Shown: positions 12,540-26,152, counted from the stretch's first letter. The stretch is 64,000 bases of DNA from Eledone cirrhosa (GCA_964016885.1 OZ024755.1:27962001-28026000); one strand, 5' to 3'. The notes: a model not told the origin generated them from the letters alone. A program made the numbers and translations.

Positions 12540-14420
12540 TTCAGAGTTTCTTTTTTGAAATCCGGGACCTTACAACGATGAGCTTCGACTACTTGAAGAA
12601 CACACTGCTTCTCCTCCTCATTCTTGGTGATGGCAACACAATCAGTTATCAACTTGACTGCTCTCTCTGCCAGATCGTTGACTACCTTGATATTGTGAAC
12701 AACAGCACAGGCATTTTGATATGACGCTTGTGATAACCAAGTTGCAGGTGACAGCTCAAGCCAAGTATCGTCGAGACCAAGGAGATTGAACAGAAGCCTT
12801 GATTTCTTCCCAACTAGATGAGGCAGCTTCGTGGACGACTTCAACTCGGGAAATACTGGAGAACCACGGTCGAGAGGCTCAGACGTTTTCGTTTTGACAA
12901 GATGTTGGGCTATTTGTTTCTTCTCGGACTCTTGAACCCGACTTGAAAACAACGCTAGCAGAATGGCTTCCTCCGTCAGGTACCAAAGATGCCTGCTCAG
13001 AGCAGTAGTGGCTGCCTGCGAGAGATCTCTGTCAACCTTACTGTACTGTGTCAACTCCACGTAGAATTGAAGGTCATTGGATGGTGCATCAGCACACTTG
13101 ACTGCTGTCAGCCAGTATCGCACGTAGAACAGAGCATTGAACAAACAGATCCGGCGCAACTTTTCCATTTTAGCTTGATCGTAATTGAGTCGCTCACCAA
13201 ATGCATACATCTTTGCACTATAGATGATTGTGGACATCAACCGAGCGTTATGTTGTGCACCAGGCATCATCCAATAATTCCACGAGGAGGGGTGACACCA
13301 AGCAAGATAAACATCAACTCAGCACATTCTCGGTAGTCGTCCCGTGGAAGAGAACTCATTATCCCATCGTCAGATGTCAGCAAATCTTGGAGGAACTTGA
13401 TGTTCTCAGAACACAGACGCTTGAGTCTCCGGTTGACAATGTTCAATGTTTTAAAGTTGGTCTTGTCCGTGAGTGACACCCAATCTTTTTTGAACTCCTT
13501 GAACTCTGGGGTGTCTGGACTGGACATTGCTCCGAATAGTTGTTGCCACACTGCACACAAGATACGCTCCATGACATGGTGCCGACAAGCAAAATAAAAC
13601 ACCTTTTTATTGAGCATCTCTTCTAGTTTCACGCAAGCACCATTTTTCCATCAAGAATTCGAAGCAGTTGTGTCGAAGACCAAGCCCACCACAGACCCAT
13701 CAACATTCAAATCTTTAACAAGATCAAATGATGCTTTGGCTTGGGTAGTTCCAGTACCATTAGGAATTATGGGAACACCGAGGAGTTTACCTTCTCTGAA
13801 GTCCGAAGTTCCAAAAACTAGCACACCTAGCCTCTCGTGGTCACTAGGAATTATTTTGCCATCCCAATGCAAGGTAACAAAGTCTGGTACAGCAAATTGT
13901 TCCTCTATGTGTTCAGCTCCCACAGTTCTGATCTTCTTAGCTGCACATCTGCTACTATTCTTCGAGAGAGTTGTGGCATCTATGTCAGTCCCACCCTCCG
14001 AAATAATCGATGCCATAAATGCTGTTCGCTGGCCCAGTGTCGGGTTTAAACGATCAGCCATTAGAGAAATTTTTGGACTTTGAAATGGATTCTTTGGGAG
14101 TTCCAGCTGGACTTTTCATTTCTTGTCTGACTTTGAGCTGTCTCTGGGTGGGTTTGAGGCCTGAAATTCAGGATCCTGTTCATCTTCAGTTTCATCATTG
14201 GTTGGTTGAACTTGGATCACTCAGTTCATTACGTGGAAGTTGTGCTGCTACAGATCCTGACAAACGCTTTCTATGGTTCTTTGACTCTCGACGAGCCACA
14301 GAAACCTGATCACGCTTAAACTTTGAAGATACCTTTTTTCTGGTAACCCTTGTCTTCAGCACCCAGGGATGCTTTCTTCTGGCAACGCAGGGCTTCGAGA
14401 AATGTAGCATCTTCCATTTT
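12540..14420 (-). pseudogene. hATm-type DNA transposase, disrupted
   Basis: Motifs LHWDGK, LLGVP, GTG, FDTTASN, GAC, ACRHH, PRDDYRE, PGAQHNAR, HLWYLTEE and VVNDLAERAVKLI span ORFs 14061-13651, 13632-13267 and 13270-12425. There is an in-frame TGA at 13651-13653 and frameshifts near 13270 and upstream of 14061. Confidence 0.82.
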
Positions 14421-14451
14421 ATGTTGATTATTACGAAGATGGTCTTTCAAA

Positions 14452-14740
14452 ATATATGTATATATATATGTATGTATGTATATGTATATATATGTATGTA
14501 TAAATATATATGTATATGTATGTGTATATATGTATGTATAAATATATATGTATATGTATGTATATATATGTATCTATATATATATGTATATGTATGTATA
14601 TATATATATCTATATATATATGTATATATATGTATATATGTATGTACATATATATATATGTGTATATGTATGTATATGTATATATATGTATGTATATATG
14701 TATGTATATGTATATATATGTATATATATGCATATGTGTG

Positions 14741-14771
<31 letters not shown>

Positions 14772-15102
14772 GTATGTATATGTATATATATATATGTATA
14801 CATATGTATATGTGTATATATGTATATGTATGTATATATATGTATATATATGTATGTATGTATATATATGTATGTATATATGTATATATATGTATATATG
14901 TATATGTATATACATATATACATATATATATGTATATATATATGTATATATGTGTATATATGTCTATATATGTATATATATGTATATATGAATATATGTA
15001 TATATATATGTGTATATGTGTATTTATGTGTATATATGTATATATATGTATATATGAATATATGTATATATATGTATATATGAATATATGTATATATATA
15101 TG

Positions 15103-15189
<87 letters not shown>

Positions 15190-15850
15190 TAATATATATA
15201 TATATGTATGTATGTGTATATATGTATGTATGTGTATATATATATATATGTATGTATGTGTATATATATATATATATGTATGTGTATATATGTATGTATG
15301 TGTATATATGTATATATGTATGTATGTGTATATATGTATATATGTATATATATATGTATATATGTATATATATATGTATATATGTATATATGTATATATG
15401 TATATGTATATATGTGTATATGTATGTATGTATATGTGTATATGTATGTATGTATATGTATATATGTATATGTATATGTATATATGTATATGTATATATG
15501 TATATGTATGTATGTATATGTGTATATGTATGTATGTATATGTATATATGTATATGTATATGTATATATATATGTATGTATATATATATATATGTATATC
15601 TCAGAAATGCTTCTTTCTTTGAGCTAATTAATTGTAAAGGACCGTTTGAGTTTATAACTCTAAATATAATATAATATATATATGTATGTATTTATATATA
15701 TATGTATATATATATGTATATATATATGTATATATATATGTATATATATATGTATATATGTATATATATATGTATATATATATGTATATATATATGTATA
15801 TATGCATATATATATGTATATATGTATATATATATGTATATATGTATATA

Positions 15851-15897
<47 letters not shown>

Positions 15898-16414
15898 ATA
15901 TGTATATATATATGTATATATATATGTATTTATATATATATGTATATATATATGTATTTATATATATATATGTATATATATGTATTTATATATATATGTA
16001 TATATATATGTATTTATATATATATGTATATATATATGTATTTATATATATATGTATATATATATGTATTTATATATATATGTATATATATATGTATTTA
16101 TATATATATGTATTTATATATATATGTATTTATATATATATGTATATATGTATATGTATATATGTATATGTATATATGTATATGTATGTATATATATGTA
16201 TATGTATGTATATATATGTATATGTATATGTATGTATATATATGTATATATGTATATGTATATATGTATATATGTATATGTATGTATATATATATATGTA
16301 TTTATATATATATGTATATATATATGTATATATATATGTATTTATATATGTATTTATATATATATGTATTTATATATATATGTATTTATATATATATGTA
16401 TATATATATGTATT

Positions 16415-16459
<45 letters not shown>

Positions 16460-16972
16460 GTATTTATATATATATGTATATATATATGTATATATATATG
16501 TATTTATATATATATGTATATATATATGTATTTATATATATATGTATATATGTATTTATATATATATGTATTTATATATATATATGTATTTATATATATA
16601 TGTATATATGTATATATATATGTATTTATATATATATGTATATATGTATTTATATATATATGTATTTATATATATATGTATATATGTATATGTATATATG
16701 TATATGTATATATGTATATGTATGTATATATATGTATATGTATGTATATATATGTATATGTATATGTATGTATATATATGTATATATGTATATGTATATA
16801 TGTATATATGTATATGTATGTATATATATATATGTATATATATATGTATTTTTTTTAGGATCGATCGACTTTCATCAAATCGGACCGAGGAAACAGTGTT
16901 TCCGTTGGTCTTTCCAGTTGCTAATACTATCTATCGGTCGCAACTCCAGATAGATATATATGTATATGTATG

Positions 16973-17009
<37 letters not shown>

Positions 17010-17466
17010 GTATGTATATATATATATGTATATATATATGTATATATTTATATATTTATATATATATGTATATGTATATATGTATATGTATGTATATATA
17101 TATATGTATATATATATGTATATATGTATATGTATATGTATGTATATGTATGTATATGTATATATATATATGTATATATATATGTATGTATATATATATG
17201 TATATATGTATATATATGTATATATGTATATGTATATATGTATATGTATATATGTATATGTATATGTATGTATATATGTTTATGTATGTATGTATATGTA
17301 TATGTATGTATGTATATGTATATATATGTATATATGTATATGTATATATGTATATGTATGTATATGTATGTATAAGTATATATATGTATATATATGTATA
17401 TATCTATGTGTATATGTGTATATATATGTATATGTATGTATAAGTATATATATATATACATATACA
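14452..17466. repeat. ~3-kb (TATG/TA/TATT)n microsatellite block with two short unique islands
   Basis: Read directly. The islands are at about 15599-15670 and 16856-16950. Confidence 0.97.
16856..16950. repeat. Short dispersed repeat (family M) in TA tracts; second copy at 20908-21003
   Basis: GATCGACTTTC...GGACCGAGGAAACAGTGTTTCCGTTGGTC...GGTCGCAACTCCA occurs twice at about 95% identity. Confidence 0.75.
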
Positions 17467-17467
17467 T

Positions 17468-17561
17468 AACGGCGGTGTGGTAAGGAACCAGATGGACCAT
17501 AACGCACCAGAGTACTCAATTCTAGAGTGGGTAATAGGACAATGTTTAACCCCGACGGGGT
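17468..17561 (-). mobile_element. Family A diverged/truncated copy with mini-foldback
   Basis: GTGTGGTAAGGAACCAGATGGACCATAACGCACC tail ending in the hairpin ACCCCG-A-CGGGGT. Confidence 0.7.
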
Positions 17562-17576
17562 ACACACACACACACA

Positions 17577-17780
17577 TTGTGAAGCCGCATGGCTTAGTGG
17601 TTAGAGCACTGGGCTTGCAATTGAGAGTTTTTGAGTTCAATTCTTGGACCGGGTGATGCGTTGTGTCCTTGGGCAAGACACTTTATTTCGCGTTGCTCTT
17701 GTTTACTCAGCTGTAGAAATGAGTTGTGACGTCACTGGTGCCAAGCTGTATCGGCCATTGCCTTTCCCCTGGATGTCATC
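17577..17780 (+). mobile_element. tRNA-derived CORE-type SINE
   Basis: TGGCTTAGTGGTTAGAGC A-box, GAGTTCAATTC B-box and TGTGTCCTTGGGCAAGACACTTTA core. Confidence 0.85.
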
Positions 17781-18140
17781 ATATATAGTGTATAATATAT
17801 CCTGTATATAGAGTATATATAATGTATATATATTGTGTATGAGTTGTGACGTCTCTGGTGCCAAGCTGTATCGGCCATTGCCTTTCCGTTGGATGTCATC
17901 ATATATAGTGTATAATATATACTGTATATAGAGTATATATAATGTATATATATTGTGTATGAGTTGTGACGTCTCTGGTGCCAAGCTGTATCGGCCATTG
18001 CCTTTCCCTTGGATGTCATCATATATAGTGTATAATATATCCTGTATATAGAGTATATATAATGTATATATATTGTGTATGAGTTGTGACGTCTCTGGTG
18101 CCAAGCTGTATCGGCCATTGCCTTTCCCTTGGACATCATC
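17719..18140. repeat. 120-bp tandem repeat, 3.5 copies
   Basis: ATGAGTTGTGACGTC recurs at 17719, 17839, 17959 and 18079. Confidence 0.95.
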
Positions 18141-18210
18141 GCCGACAACTTACATGGACTGAAGTGAGTGAGTAAAGGCTGTAGAGAGAGTGAAGTTTAG
18201 CTGTAAGAGG

Positions 18211-18590
18211 CATCATCATCATCATCATTCGTCGACTACTGTCGAGATGATGGATCTCACTCTCATGCCCCAGAATTCCCTGTCCCCCATCGCCGCCCCC
18301 AGGTCCTGTCTACTGATTCCCGTATCCCTAGAGATAACGTCAGGGAATGACAGCTTCCTACTCCTAGTCAGGCTGGAGTCAGGGTTCCAGAGCAAGAGAG
18401 CGGATATGATTTCATTGCCGGCCCCAGAATTCCCTGTCCCCCATCGCCGCCCCCAGGTCCTGTCTACTGATTCCCGTATCCCTAGAGATAACGTCAGGGA
18501 ATGACAGCTTCCTACTCCTAGTCAGGCTGGAGTCAGGGTTCCAGAGCAAGAGAGCGGATATGATTTCATTGCTGGCACGGTAAGAGGCAC
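18211..18590 (-). mobile_element. RTE-type LINE 3' end with (GAT)n tail and internal 154-bp tandem duplication
   Basis: Minus-strand translation NEIISALLLWNPDSSLTRSRKLSFPDVISRDTG...AMGDREFW resembles an RTE C-terminus. Segment 18267-18418 is repeated at 18421-18572. Confidence 0.72.
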
Positions 18591-19140
18591 TATAACCATC
18601 ATGTCACCCATTGCAATATATATTTTATAAAGAAGTGATATGAGGAAACGAATGAGTACTTCAGTGACTGTTAGTAAGACAAGACAAAAATTCAATCTTT
18701 ATTGACAGTAATAGAAACATCTGTAAATTCATAATTTTAGAAGGAAATCAAATATTGATATTGATAAAGCAAGTGTGTGTTTTGTGGCACTAATCATATA
18801 AGAATTTAGAAATATGTGATGGTGGATGATTTATTAGTCCTGAAAGTAAGTACTATTGTCGCAAATTATATTGTATTGGCAAATTAATCAAATTTCATAC
18901 AAAACTGAAAATTTAAATGATAGAAATAAAGTAAAAAATATTTGCCTTTTGATAAGTGTTTCAACAATGTGAATATATAAACAGATAATGGACTACCTGG
19001 AAAATACTCTAAAATATTGCTATTTTTTCAGAGATAATTTTTTGTCAGTTCTTGTTTCATTTCCTACAACAAAAATATAAAAGTTATTTTAAAGAGTTTC
19101 GGCTTGCATTAGTTAGTGTATGTTTCATCTCTCTCTCTCT

Positions 19141-19200
<60 letters not shown>

Positions 19201-19213
19201 TTATATATACATA

Positions 19214-19258
<45 letters not shown>

Positions 19259-19263
<5 letters not shown>

Positions 19264-19740
19264 TATGTATACGTACATACATATATGTATACAGACGTAC
19301 AGTAGTATGTATATATATATATATACATGCACACATATATATATGTACGTATGGATTCACCGAACATTTATTATAATGCTCGTTGTGTTTGTAAACAAAC
19401 ATCTTGAATTAAGCCGTACAGTGTCTAGCAACCATCGTTGCTCATTTGTTCAACACTGACAAAGGAACGCTGTACTAGTTTCAAGTTGATTAGCTATCGT
19501 CAGCAACGTATACCTTCCTGCCAGATGGTTGAACGTCTGTAAGTATAAACTTTCCTTATGCATATTAACAGCTGAGCAGCCTAATTTGCATATCGAGTGA
19601 GTTAATCGGCCGGGGTACCGAAAACGATAAACGATAAACTGTACGTCTGTATACATGTATGTATGTACGTATACATACTTATATTTAAGTAACAGCCGTA
19701 CTAAGAGTGCGAAATGAAATTTCGTTTCATTTTTTCCGTT
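19259..19740. mobile_element. Family N foldback element; second copy at 38963-39394
   Basis: Inverted arms at about 19259-19303 and 19638-19682, tail to 19740. The body is about 85% identical to the 39-kb copy. Confidence 0.8.
19467..19509 (-). ncRNA. Type I hammerhead ribozyme (family N)
   Basis: Reverse complement reads ACGUUG CUGACGA UAGCUAAUCAACUU GAAA CUAG UA CAGCGU, with a GUA triplet. Confidence 0.75.
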
Positions 19741-19891
19741 TATATATATATCATTTTATTTCATTCCTTGTATTTTGATCATGCTTTATTTTTATTTTTA
19801 TTTTTAATTTCATTCGCACCGTTTCCTTTCGCTATATGTCTCTCCACCACTCCCTTACACACCCTTTGAACTCTGTTCCCACACACTTCTC

Positions 19892-19923
19892 ACCTGAGGA
19901 AGGGCTTATGCCCGAAACGTCGT
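19892..19923 (+). ncRNA. Minimal PLE-type hammerhead (family C); variant CCGAUGA copy at 22209-22240
   Basis: CUGAGGA AGGGC UUAU GCCC GAAAC GUC G. Stem I is only about 2 bp. Confidence 0.65.
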
Positions 19924-20212
19924 TCCCCACCACCACCCCACTCTCCAGAGCGTGAAATTAATAAACATTCGTTGTACTGCCTCTCTGTTTTATTCCTGTT
20001 CAAATTTTTCCATTATATATATATATATATAGCAAGCTAAACCACATTGCATATAAACACATTTACTCCATTTACTCTGAATTACACGTATCCAATAATC
20101 CAATCCACGCAGAAAACTAGACATCATAGCTAATTAACCAACGCATTCACACCTAACAAACCACCAACGCCCACGCGAACATTCAAGTAATGTTATATTT
20201 TTTACTAGTATT

Positions 20213-20400
20213 GGCGGTGGATTAGCAGTATCGGTAGAGGGTCGGACGCCATGCTTTCCAGCATAGTTACGTCCCTTTACGATCTGAGTTCAAATCCCGC
20301 CGAGGTTGACTTTGCCTTTCATCCTTACGGGGTCGATAAAATAAAGTACCAGTAATGCACTGGGTAATTGCTGGCCTTGTGCCTAAAGTAGAAACAGTTA
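20213..20400 (+). mobile_element. SINE family 1, full length with TSD
   Basis: Flanked by TATATTTTT(T)ACTAGTA duplicates. Confidence 0.92.
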
Positions 20401-20613
20401 TATATTTTTACTAGTAAGCAGCTGATAAATCATTTGGTGGATACTCAGAATTTTCACCCACCTGTGATCCTTTGTTCTGCCCGCTAACAAATTCACTGAA
20501 CACTGAAGGCATGGCGTATTTCGGTGAGAATTGAAATAACATTAACTGATACATATTCATATGAGTGCAGGGGAAACTCCAGAATAACAAGATTCATTAT
20601 TTAGCAATGATAA

Positions 20614-20802
20614 GGGCGGTGGATTGGCAGTATCGGTAGAGGGTCGGACGCCATGCTTTCCAGCATAGTTACGTCCCTTTACGATCTGAGTTCAAATCCC
20701 GCCGAGGTTGACTTTGCCTTTCATCCTTACGGGGTCGATAAAATAAAAGTACCAGTAATGCACTGGGTAATTGCTGGCCTTGTGCCTAAAGTAGAAACAA
20801 TT
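20614..20802 (+). mobile_element. SINE family 1, full length with TSD
   Basis: ATTATTTAGCAATGATAA at 20596-20613 and 20800-20817. Confidence 0.93.
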
Positions 20803-20872
20803 ATTTAGCAATGATAATATATTTAAACGCTACTTCGGTATTGAGTACGGTATTTACTCGTCCGTCAACAAC

Positions 20873-20906
<34 letters not shown>

Positions 20907-21007
20907 CTTGGAACGATCGACTTTCGTCAAATGGGACCGAGGAAACAGTGTTTCCGTTGGTCTTTCCAATTGCTAATACTATCTATCGGTCGCAACTCCA
21001 AGTAGAA

Positions 21008-21123
21008 GGAGCAACGTGAAATAAAGTGTCTTGCTCAAGGACATAACGCATCGTCCGGTCCAGGAATTGAACTCACAACCTCACGATTGCGAATCCAATT
21101 CTCTAACCACTCAGCCACACGCC
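21008..21123 (-). mobile_element. CORE-type SINE 5' part
   Basis: Reverse complement reads GGCGTGTGGCTGAGTGGTTAGAG...GAGTTCAATTCC...TGTCCTTGAGCAAGACACTTTA. Confidence 0.8.
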
Positions 21124-21134
21124 TTTATATATAT

Positions 21135-21325
21135 AACGGAGGAAATGTGGTAAGGAACCAGGTGGACCATAACGCACCAAAGTACTCAATACTTGGGGTA
21201 GTAGAGTGGGTAATAGGAACCAGTAAGACCCCGACGGCTGAGCTCAAGCCGTTTCGACGGCTAATTCTGGACCAAATTAGCCGTCGAAACGGCTTGAGCT
21301 CAGCCGTCGGGGTCTTACTGGTTCC

Positions 21326-21328
<3 letters not shown>
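21135..21328 (-). mobile_element. Family A foldback element
   Basis: Tail at 21135-21212, then arms GGAACCAGTAAGACCCC... and ...GGGGTCTTACTGGTTCC. Confidence 0.85.
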
Positions 21329-21358
<30 letters not shown>

Positions 21359-22309
21359 TTGTTTGTGTATATATGTGTGTGTGTTTGTTTGGTTATATAT
21401 ATGTGTGTGTGTGTGTTTGTTTGGTTATATATATATGTGTGTGTGTTTGTTTGTGTATATATATATGTGTGTGCGTGAGTTTGTTTGGTTATATATTTGT
21501 GTGTGTTTGTTTGTGTATATATATATATATATATGTTTGTTTATATATATATATATGTGTGTTTATATCAGGCCACAGACTGTTCTTCCTCCGCACCATT
21601 CCACGGATTCTACACCAGTGGTCACACGTTCCAGACATCCACCCTCTTATACTCGGATTTTTCACCATCTGCCGATATACTCATCGGGAAAACATTCAGG
21701 AACACACACACACACACACACATACACACATACACACACACCCACTTATACTATTTTCGCACACACGCAACCATACGTTCCCACGTATCCACAGCACACA
21801 AAAACACACACACACACACGTGCGTATCCTCACATACACATACTCGGCCTCTGAGCTCCGCACACCTCCCCCTCCCCACTCTATCCACACGCACGTACAC
21901 ACTGACTTACACTCCACCTCAGGTACACACTGGTTTTCCTATTACCCGAACATGGAACCTCGTTCTTCCCCAAACTCTCACACTCACACTCACATCCACA
22001 CATACACACACCGCCTTCCACCCCCGCTCGGACACCTTGTCTCCTTCTCCCCCTCCATACACCCACCACCTTTCACCACTTGTTTTCATTTTAATTTTTT
22101 TACCCTCTTTTTAATTTTTTCTCTTCCCCTTAATTTACACCCCCACTCTTTTAATATCTTTCCACCACTCCCCCTCATACCATCGGAACTCTTTTCCTTC
22201 CCCTTTTCTCCCGATGAAGGGCTTATGCCCGAAACGTCGTCCCCCATCCCCAAGCGTGAACCTAATACTAACACTTTGTACTGCACTTTTTGTTATTGTT
22301 TTCACTTAA

Positions 22310-22349
<40 letters not shown>

Positions 22350-22374
22350 CTGTGTGTCATTATATATATGTGTG

Positions 22375-22490
22375 TGAGTTCAAATCCCGCCGAGGTTGAC
22401 TTTGCCTTTCATCCTTACGGGGTCGATAAAATAAAGTACCAGTAATGCACTGGGTAATTGCTGGCCTTGTGCCTAAAGTAGAAACAATTA
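22375..22490 (+). mobile_element. SINE family 1, 5'-truncated
   Basis: B-box through to the tail. Confidence 0.85.
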
Positions 22491-22567
22491 TATATATGTG
22501 TGTGTGTTTTTATATACGAATATACACACACATACGCACAATCGTATATTTATATATATTCATACAT

Positions 22568-22622
22568 GTGTGTACGCTTAGGTGTGTACGCTTAGGTGTG
22601 TACGCTTAGGTGTGTACGCTTA
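22568..22622. repeat. 14-bp tandem repeat GTGTGTACGCTTAG x4
   Basis: Read directly. Confidence 0.9.
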
Positions 22623-23120
22623 TGTTGTGTATGCTTCCAAGCGCTAGCATATATTTTTCATTATACTTTTACCTAATAGTTTAATATTTGCTGTATAACG
22701 AGCTGTGTTGTAAAATGTTCAGTGATATGTATATTGGCTCTGTTGACAAATGTGTTTCCCATGAGTAATACTAGATCGTTGCTTCTGGCTGCGCAAGTAA
22801 GCTAACAGTTTTGTGATTATAAACTCCATATTTAACATTCAACATTTATGCTTTCTTTCTCTCCATCTGGAAATTCTTAAAATTATTCATACCGATTCGC
22901 TTAGAGTGTTCTGCAACTTCATATCTCATGTCATTACTTATTAATCTTCACATGAATGCATTAGTCAATTTTTATATGAAACCTCTGTTTTCCTTTACTT
23001 AGAATATTTATATTGAAATTTAACAATGTTGTCTCGTATCTCTACAGTATAAATTTATTCATGTATGTATAGTTTTACATGTATACGTGTGTATGTTAAT
23101 GCGCGCAAATGTGTATGGGT

Positions 23121-23180
<60 letters not shown>

Positions 23181-23367
23181 TATTTGAAGTCAATTTGTCC
23201 GGGCGAAGCTCTCTGCAGAGACGCCATGCATACAAGTAGCACTCGCTGTTTGAAGATGGTGTTTAGGGAAAATTCACCAATTAAAATTGACCACCCTCTT
23301 TAGGTGTGTTTTCCCATGTGAACTATGAAGAAAAAGAAAGCAAACACCTATATATATATATAGTAAT

Positions 23368-23555
23368 AATAATTGTTTCTACTTTTTGGCACAAGGCCAG
23401 CAATTATGCCAGTGCATTACTGGTACTTTATTTTATCGACCCCGTAAGGATGAACGGCAAACTTAACCTCGGCGGGATTTGAACTCAGATCGTTAAGGGA
23501 CGTAAGTATGCTGGAACGCATGGTGTCTGACCCTCTACCGATACAGCCAATTCAC
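23368..23555 (-). mobile_element. SINE family 1
   Basis: Core present, with TATATAGTAATAATAAT on both sides. Confidence 0.88.
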
Positions 23556-23844
23556 CTTACACCTTACATATATAGTAATAATAATAGATGTGAAGACTAA
23601 AATCCAAAGAGGGCTCGATGAGGATAAATACATATCAAATATATAAAAACCATACAGCAAATGTTTATTAAAATAACAGATTAAAGTTTAAGCAACGAAT
23701 CGTTGCTTTCAACCTTAACGGGATCTTCTGAAGACACACACACACACACACACATATATATAAGGTAAACAGAAATAACAACTCAATCGGTACAGTATAT
23801 CGAAGGGATATATTAGGTTAACGCTTGATATAGCAGGAAGAGGG

Positions 23845-23880
23845 TCTTAACGTTTCGGACGCTAGTCTTTCATCAGAAGA
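23845..23880 (-). ncRNA. Minimal hammerhead (family D) in an element at about 23767-24240
   Basis: Reverse complement reads UCUU CUGAUGA AAGAC UAGC GUCC GAAAC GUU AAGA. The flanks are homologous to 32821-33035. Confidence 0.72.
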
Positions 23881-24241
23881 AAAAATGAGAAATAAGATAG
23901 ATTGAGGGGACAGGCGGGATGGAATTGGAAAAAATGTCTTTCGATAAAAATAACAGGTCCATTCATGTTGACATCTCTTGTAAAACTGTTGGTGTTGGCG
24001 TTTTGTGTATGATTTATTTCTTAGAAAAGTGGATGATGGAGCGCGTCTACCTGAAAAGGAAAAAAAAGAAGTTTCTAAAATGAGCTATACTTGTGCACGT
24101 GTCTGTTCTGTCGTCAAACTTGCTTCACTTTTCGTGTCTGTTTACATCTTTTCTCTCTCTCCCTCCCTTTTTATCCCAATAACTTATTTTAGTTATTGCT
24201 CGCCCTAGGCTGAGGTATATTGTCTCTAACGCGAAGAAATA

Positions 24242-24302
<61 letters not shown>

Positions 24303-24329
24303 TATATATAATATATATATATATAATAT

Positions 24330-24386
<57 letters not shown>

Positions 24387-24499
24387 CAGTCTGCTTTACT
24401 TTATTCCTTAGAATTTTCTTACCTAGAGAAAATAGATTAAAAGTTACCTTTATACAAAGAGTACAGATTTTGACATGAGAAAGACTCTTTCAAAGCCCT

Positions 24500-24660
24500 T
24501 TTAAAAGGCTACACATTCCTGTATCATGATTCGGAATAGCTATCGATAAATCCCAGGGACATGCGTTAAAGGTTTTCGATTAACAAATATACGAAGACTG
24601 ATTCTCCAATCATCGGATGTATGTTCCTTGTTGATGTGTTGATAATCCAAGAAATGTGTG
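24500..24660 (+). pseudogene. Degraded Helitron Pif1-type helicase C-terminal fragment
   Basis: Translation FKRLHIPVS*FGIAIDKSQGHALK...FSNHRMYVPC*CV resembles the consensus FKRxQFPV.xFAMTINKSQGQTL...FSHGQLYVACSRV. Confidence 0.6.
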
Positions 24661-25655
24661 TTTTAGAAATTTAAAATTCAAATAAAACTCTTTTCGAGCA
24701 TGTATACGAACAAAAACGTGTATGATTTACATCTCATGTTTTCTGTTGGGGAAGGGGGTCAAGTATGCAAATACCGTTTTCAATTTTCATAGCCTTGTGA
24801 GTAAATTATGTAGTATTATATATCAAACACATTTAATCAATTTATGTTTGAAGACATTTTTATGTAAGCATATTTATCGAACAGAATGCATGTGGCATTA
24901 CACATGTAGAAGTTTTGTAGGTTTTAACATTAAATATAGTTTGATATGTATATCTATTGGAAGGAAAATGGATGCATGTATTATATTAAGACATTTTATG
25001 GATTTTAGCTTAGAAAAGCCTCTGTGTTTAAATTTATATTAATATATATAGTAATGCTTGCAGAATATTTTTTCTTTCGTATGTCGGATTTGGGTATACA
25101 ATTTTTCATTTGTATATGAACCAAAAAAGAATGAATATTTATTGTTTGCCAAAAAATGTTGAATTTTGCGCTAAGTTTTATTTGTATATACAAATGTAAT
25201 AATGTAAAAATGCGTTAAATGTAATGCAGAATTGTTGTTAGATTTAAATCTTGATTTCGATAGTATCTATGGGAATGCTTCAACATAAAATACATGTATT
25301 GCTTTATAAAAGTATCAAATATTTTAGAGTTTTTTCATAAATTGATGAACAAAACGAGAAATGTGCATTCTAATTATACATAAGGAAGGTACGTTGTTTT
25401 TCTTTTGAGGTCCATACACACTAAAGGAAAATTATGTAACAGAGGGTAATAATCAATCATTAGTTAAAATATCGATTTTATTCTTTTTCTGTGCATATGC
25501 CGTAAAACGTGTGATATCGATTTTTGAAAAATGATCGACAATTTTAGATTTGATTATAATTATGAATCATTTAATGTTTCAACTCAATATTCTTCCTTTA
25601 AAGCTTCTACTTATGACTTGGAGGCAATGACCTGTACAATATCGGAAAACTCAGC

Positions 25656-25693
<38 letters not shown>

Positions 25694-25695
<2 letters not shown>

Positions 25696-25896
25696 CGAAG
25701 GAAATGTGGTAAGGAACCAGGTGGACCATAACGCACCAAAGTACTCAATACTTAGGGTAGTAGAGTGGGTAATAGGAACAAGTAAGACCCCGACGGCTGA
25801 GCTCAAGCCGTTTCGACGGCTAATTCTGGACTAATTCTGGACTAATTCTGGACTAAACAGCTTGAGCTCAGCCGTCGGGGTCTTACTTGTTCCTAT
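25694..25896 (-). mobile_element. Family A foldback element with triplicated 11-mer at the axis
   Basis: The loop contains CTAATTCTGGA x3. Confidence 0.85.
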
Positions 25897-26029
25897 ATAT
25901 ATATATATATATATATATGTATTGATATGTATAGATGCAGACACACACACACACACACATCTCACTCTCTCTCTCTCTCTAGAGAGAGACAGAATGGAGA
26001 GATAAGTAGGTAGAGCACTCAGTCCATGG

Positions 26030-26152
26030 GACGAGTTTGGTATTCCGCATCTGAAAAGAGAGTTTTAGCCCCGAAATATCATGTTAAAATACACTGGTTG
26101 AAACATTACTGAGTTTTGCACTGTTTCATTTGTCATCATTTGCCCTCCGCAT
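26030..26152 (+). mobile_element. Family L element with variant hammerhead core; second copy at about 28585-28740
   Basis: GCAT CTGAAAA G(A/G)GAG...CCCC GAAA TA TC AT followed by a shared ~70-bp downstream sequence in both copies. Confidence 0.6.

Noticed and set aside
12989-14309. Plus-strand ORFs over the transposase
   Set aside because: They are antisense shadows of the minus-strand hATm coding sequence.
14421-17500. Long YI/YM/CI-rich ORFs of up to 557 aa (also at 50.4-52.4 kb, 61.6-62.9 kb and many HT/CV/LS/ER ORFs)
   Set aside because: They are translations of (TA), (TATG), (CA) and (CT) microsatellites, which lack stop codons in several frames.
20213-20310. tRNA-like sequence with A and B boxes
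   Set aside because: It is the head of a multi-copy SINE with a tail and TSD, and no intact cloverleaf is evident.
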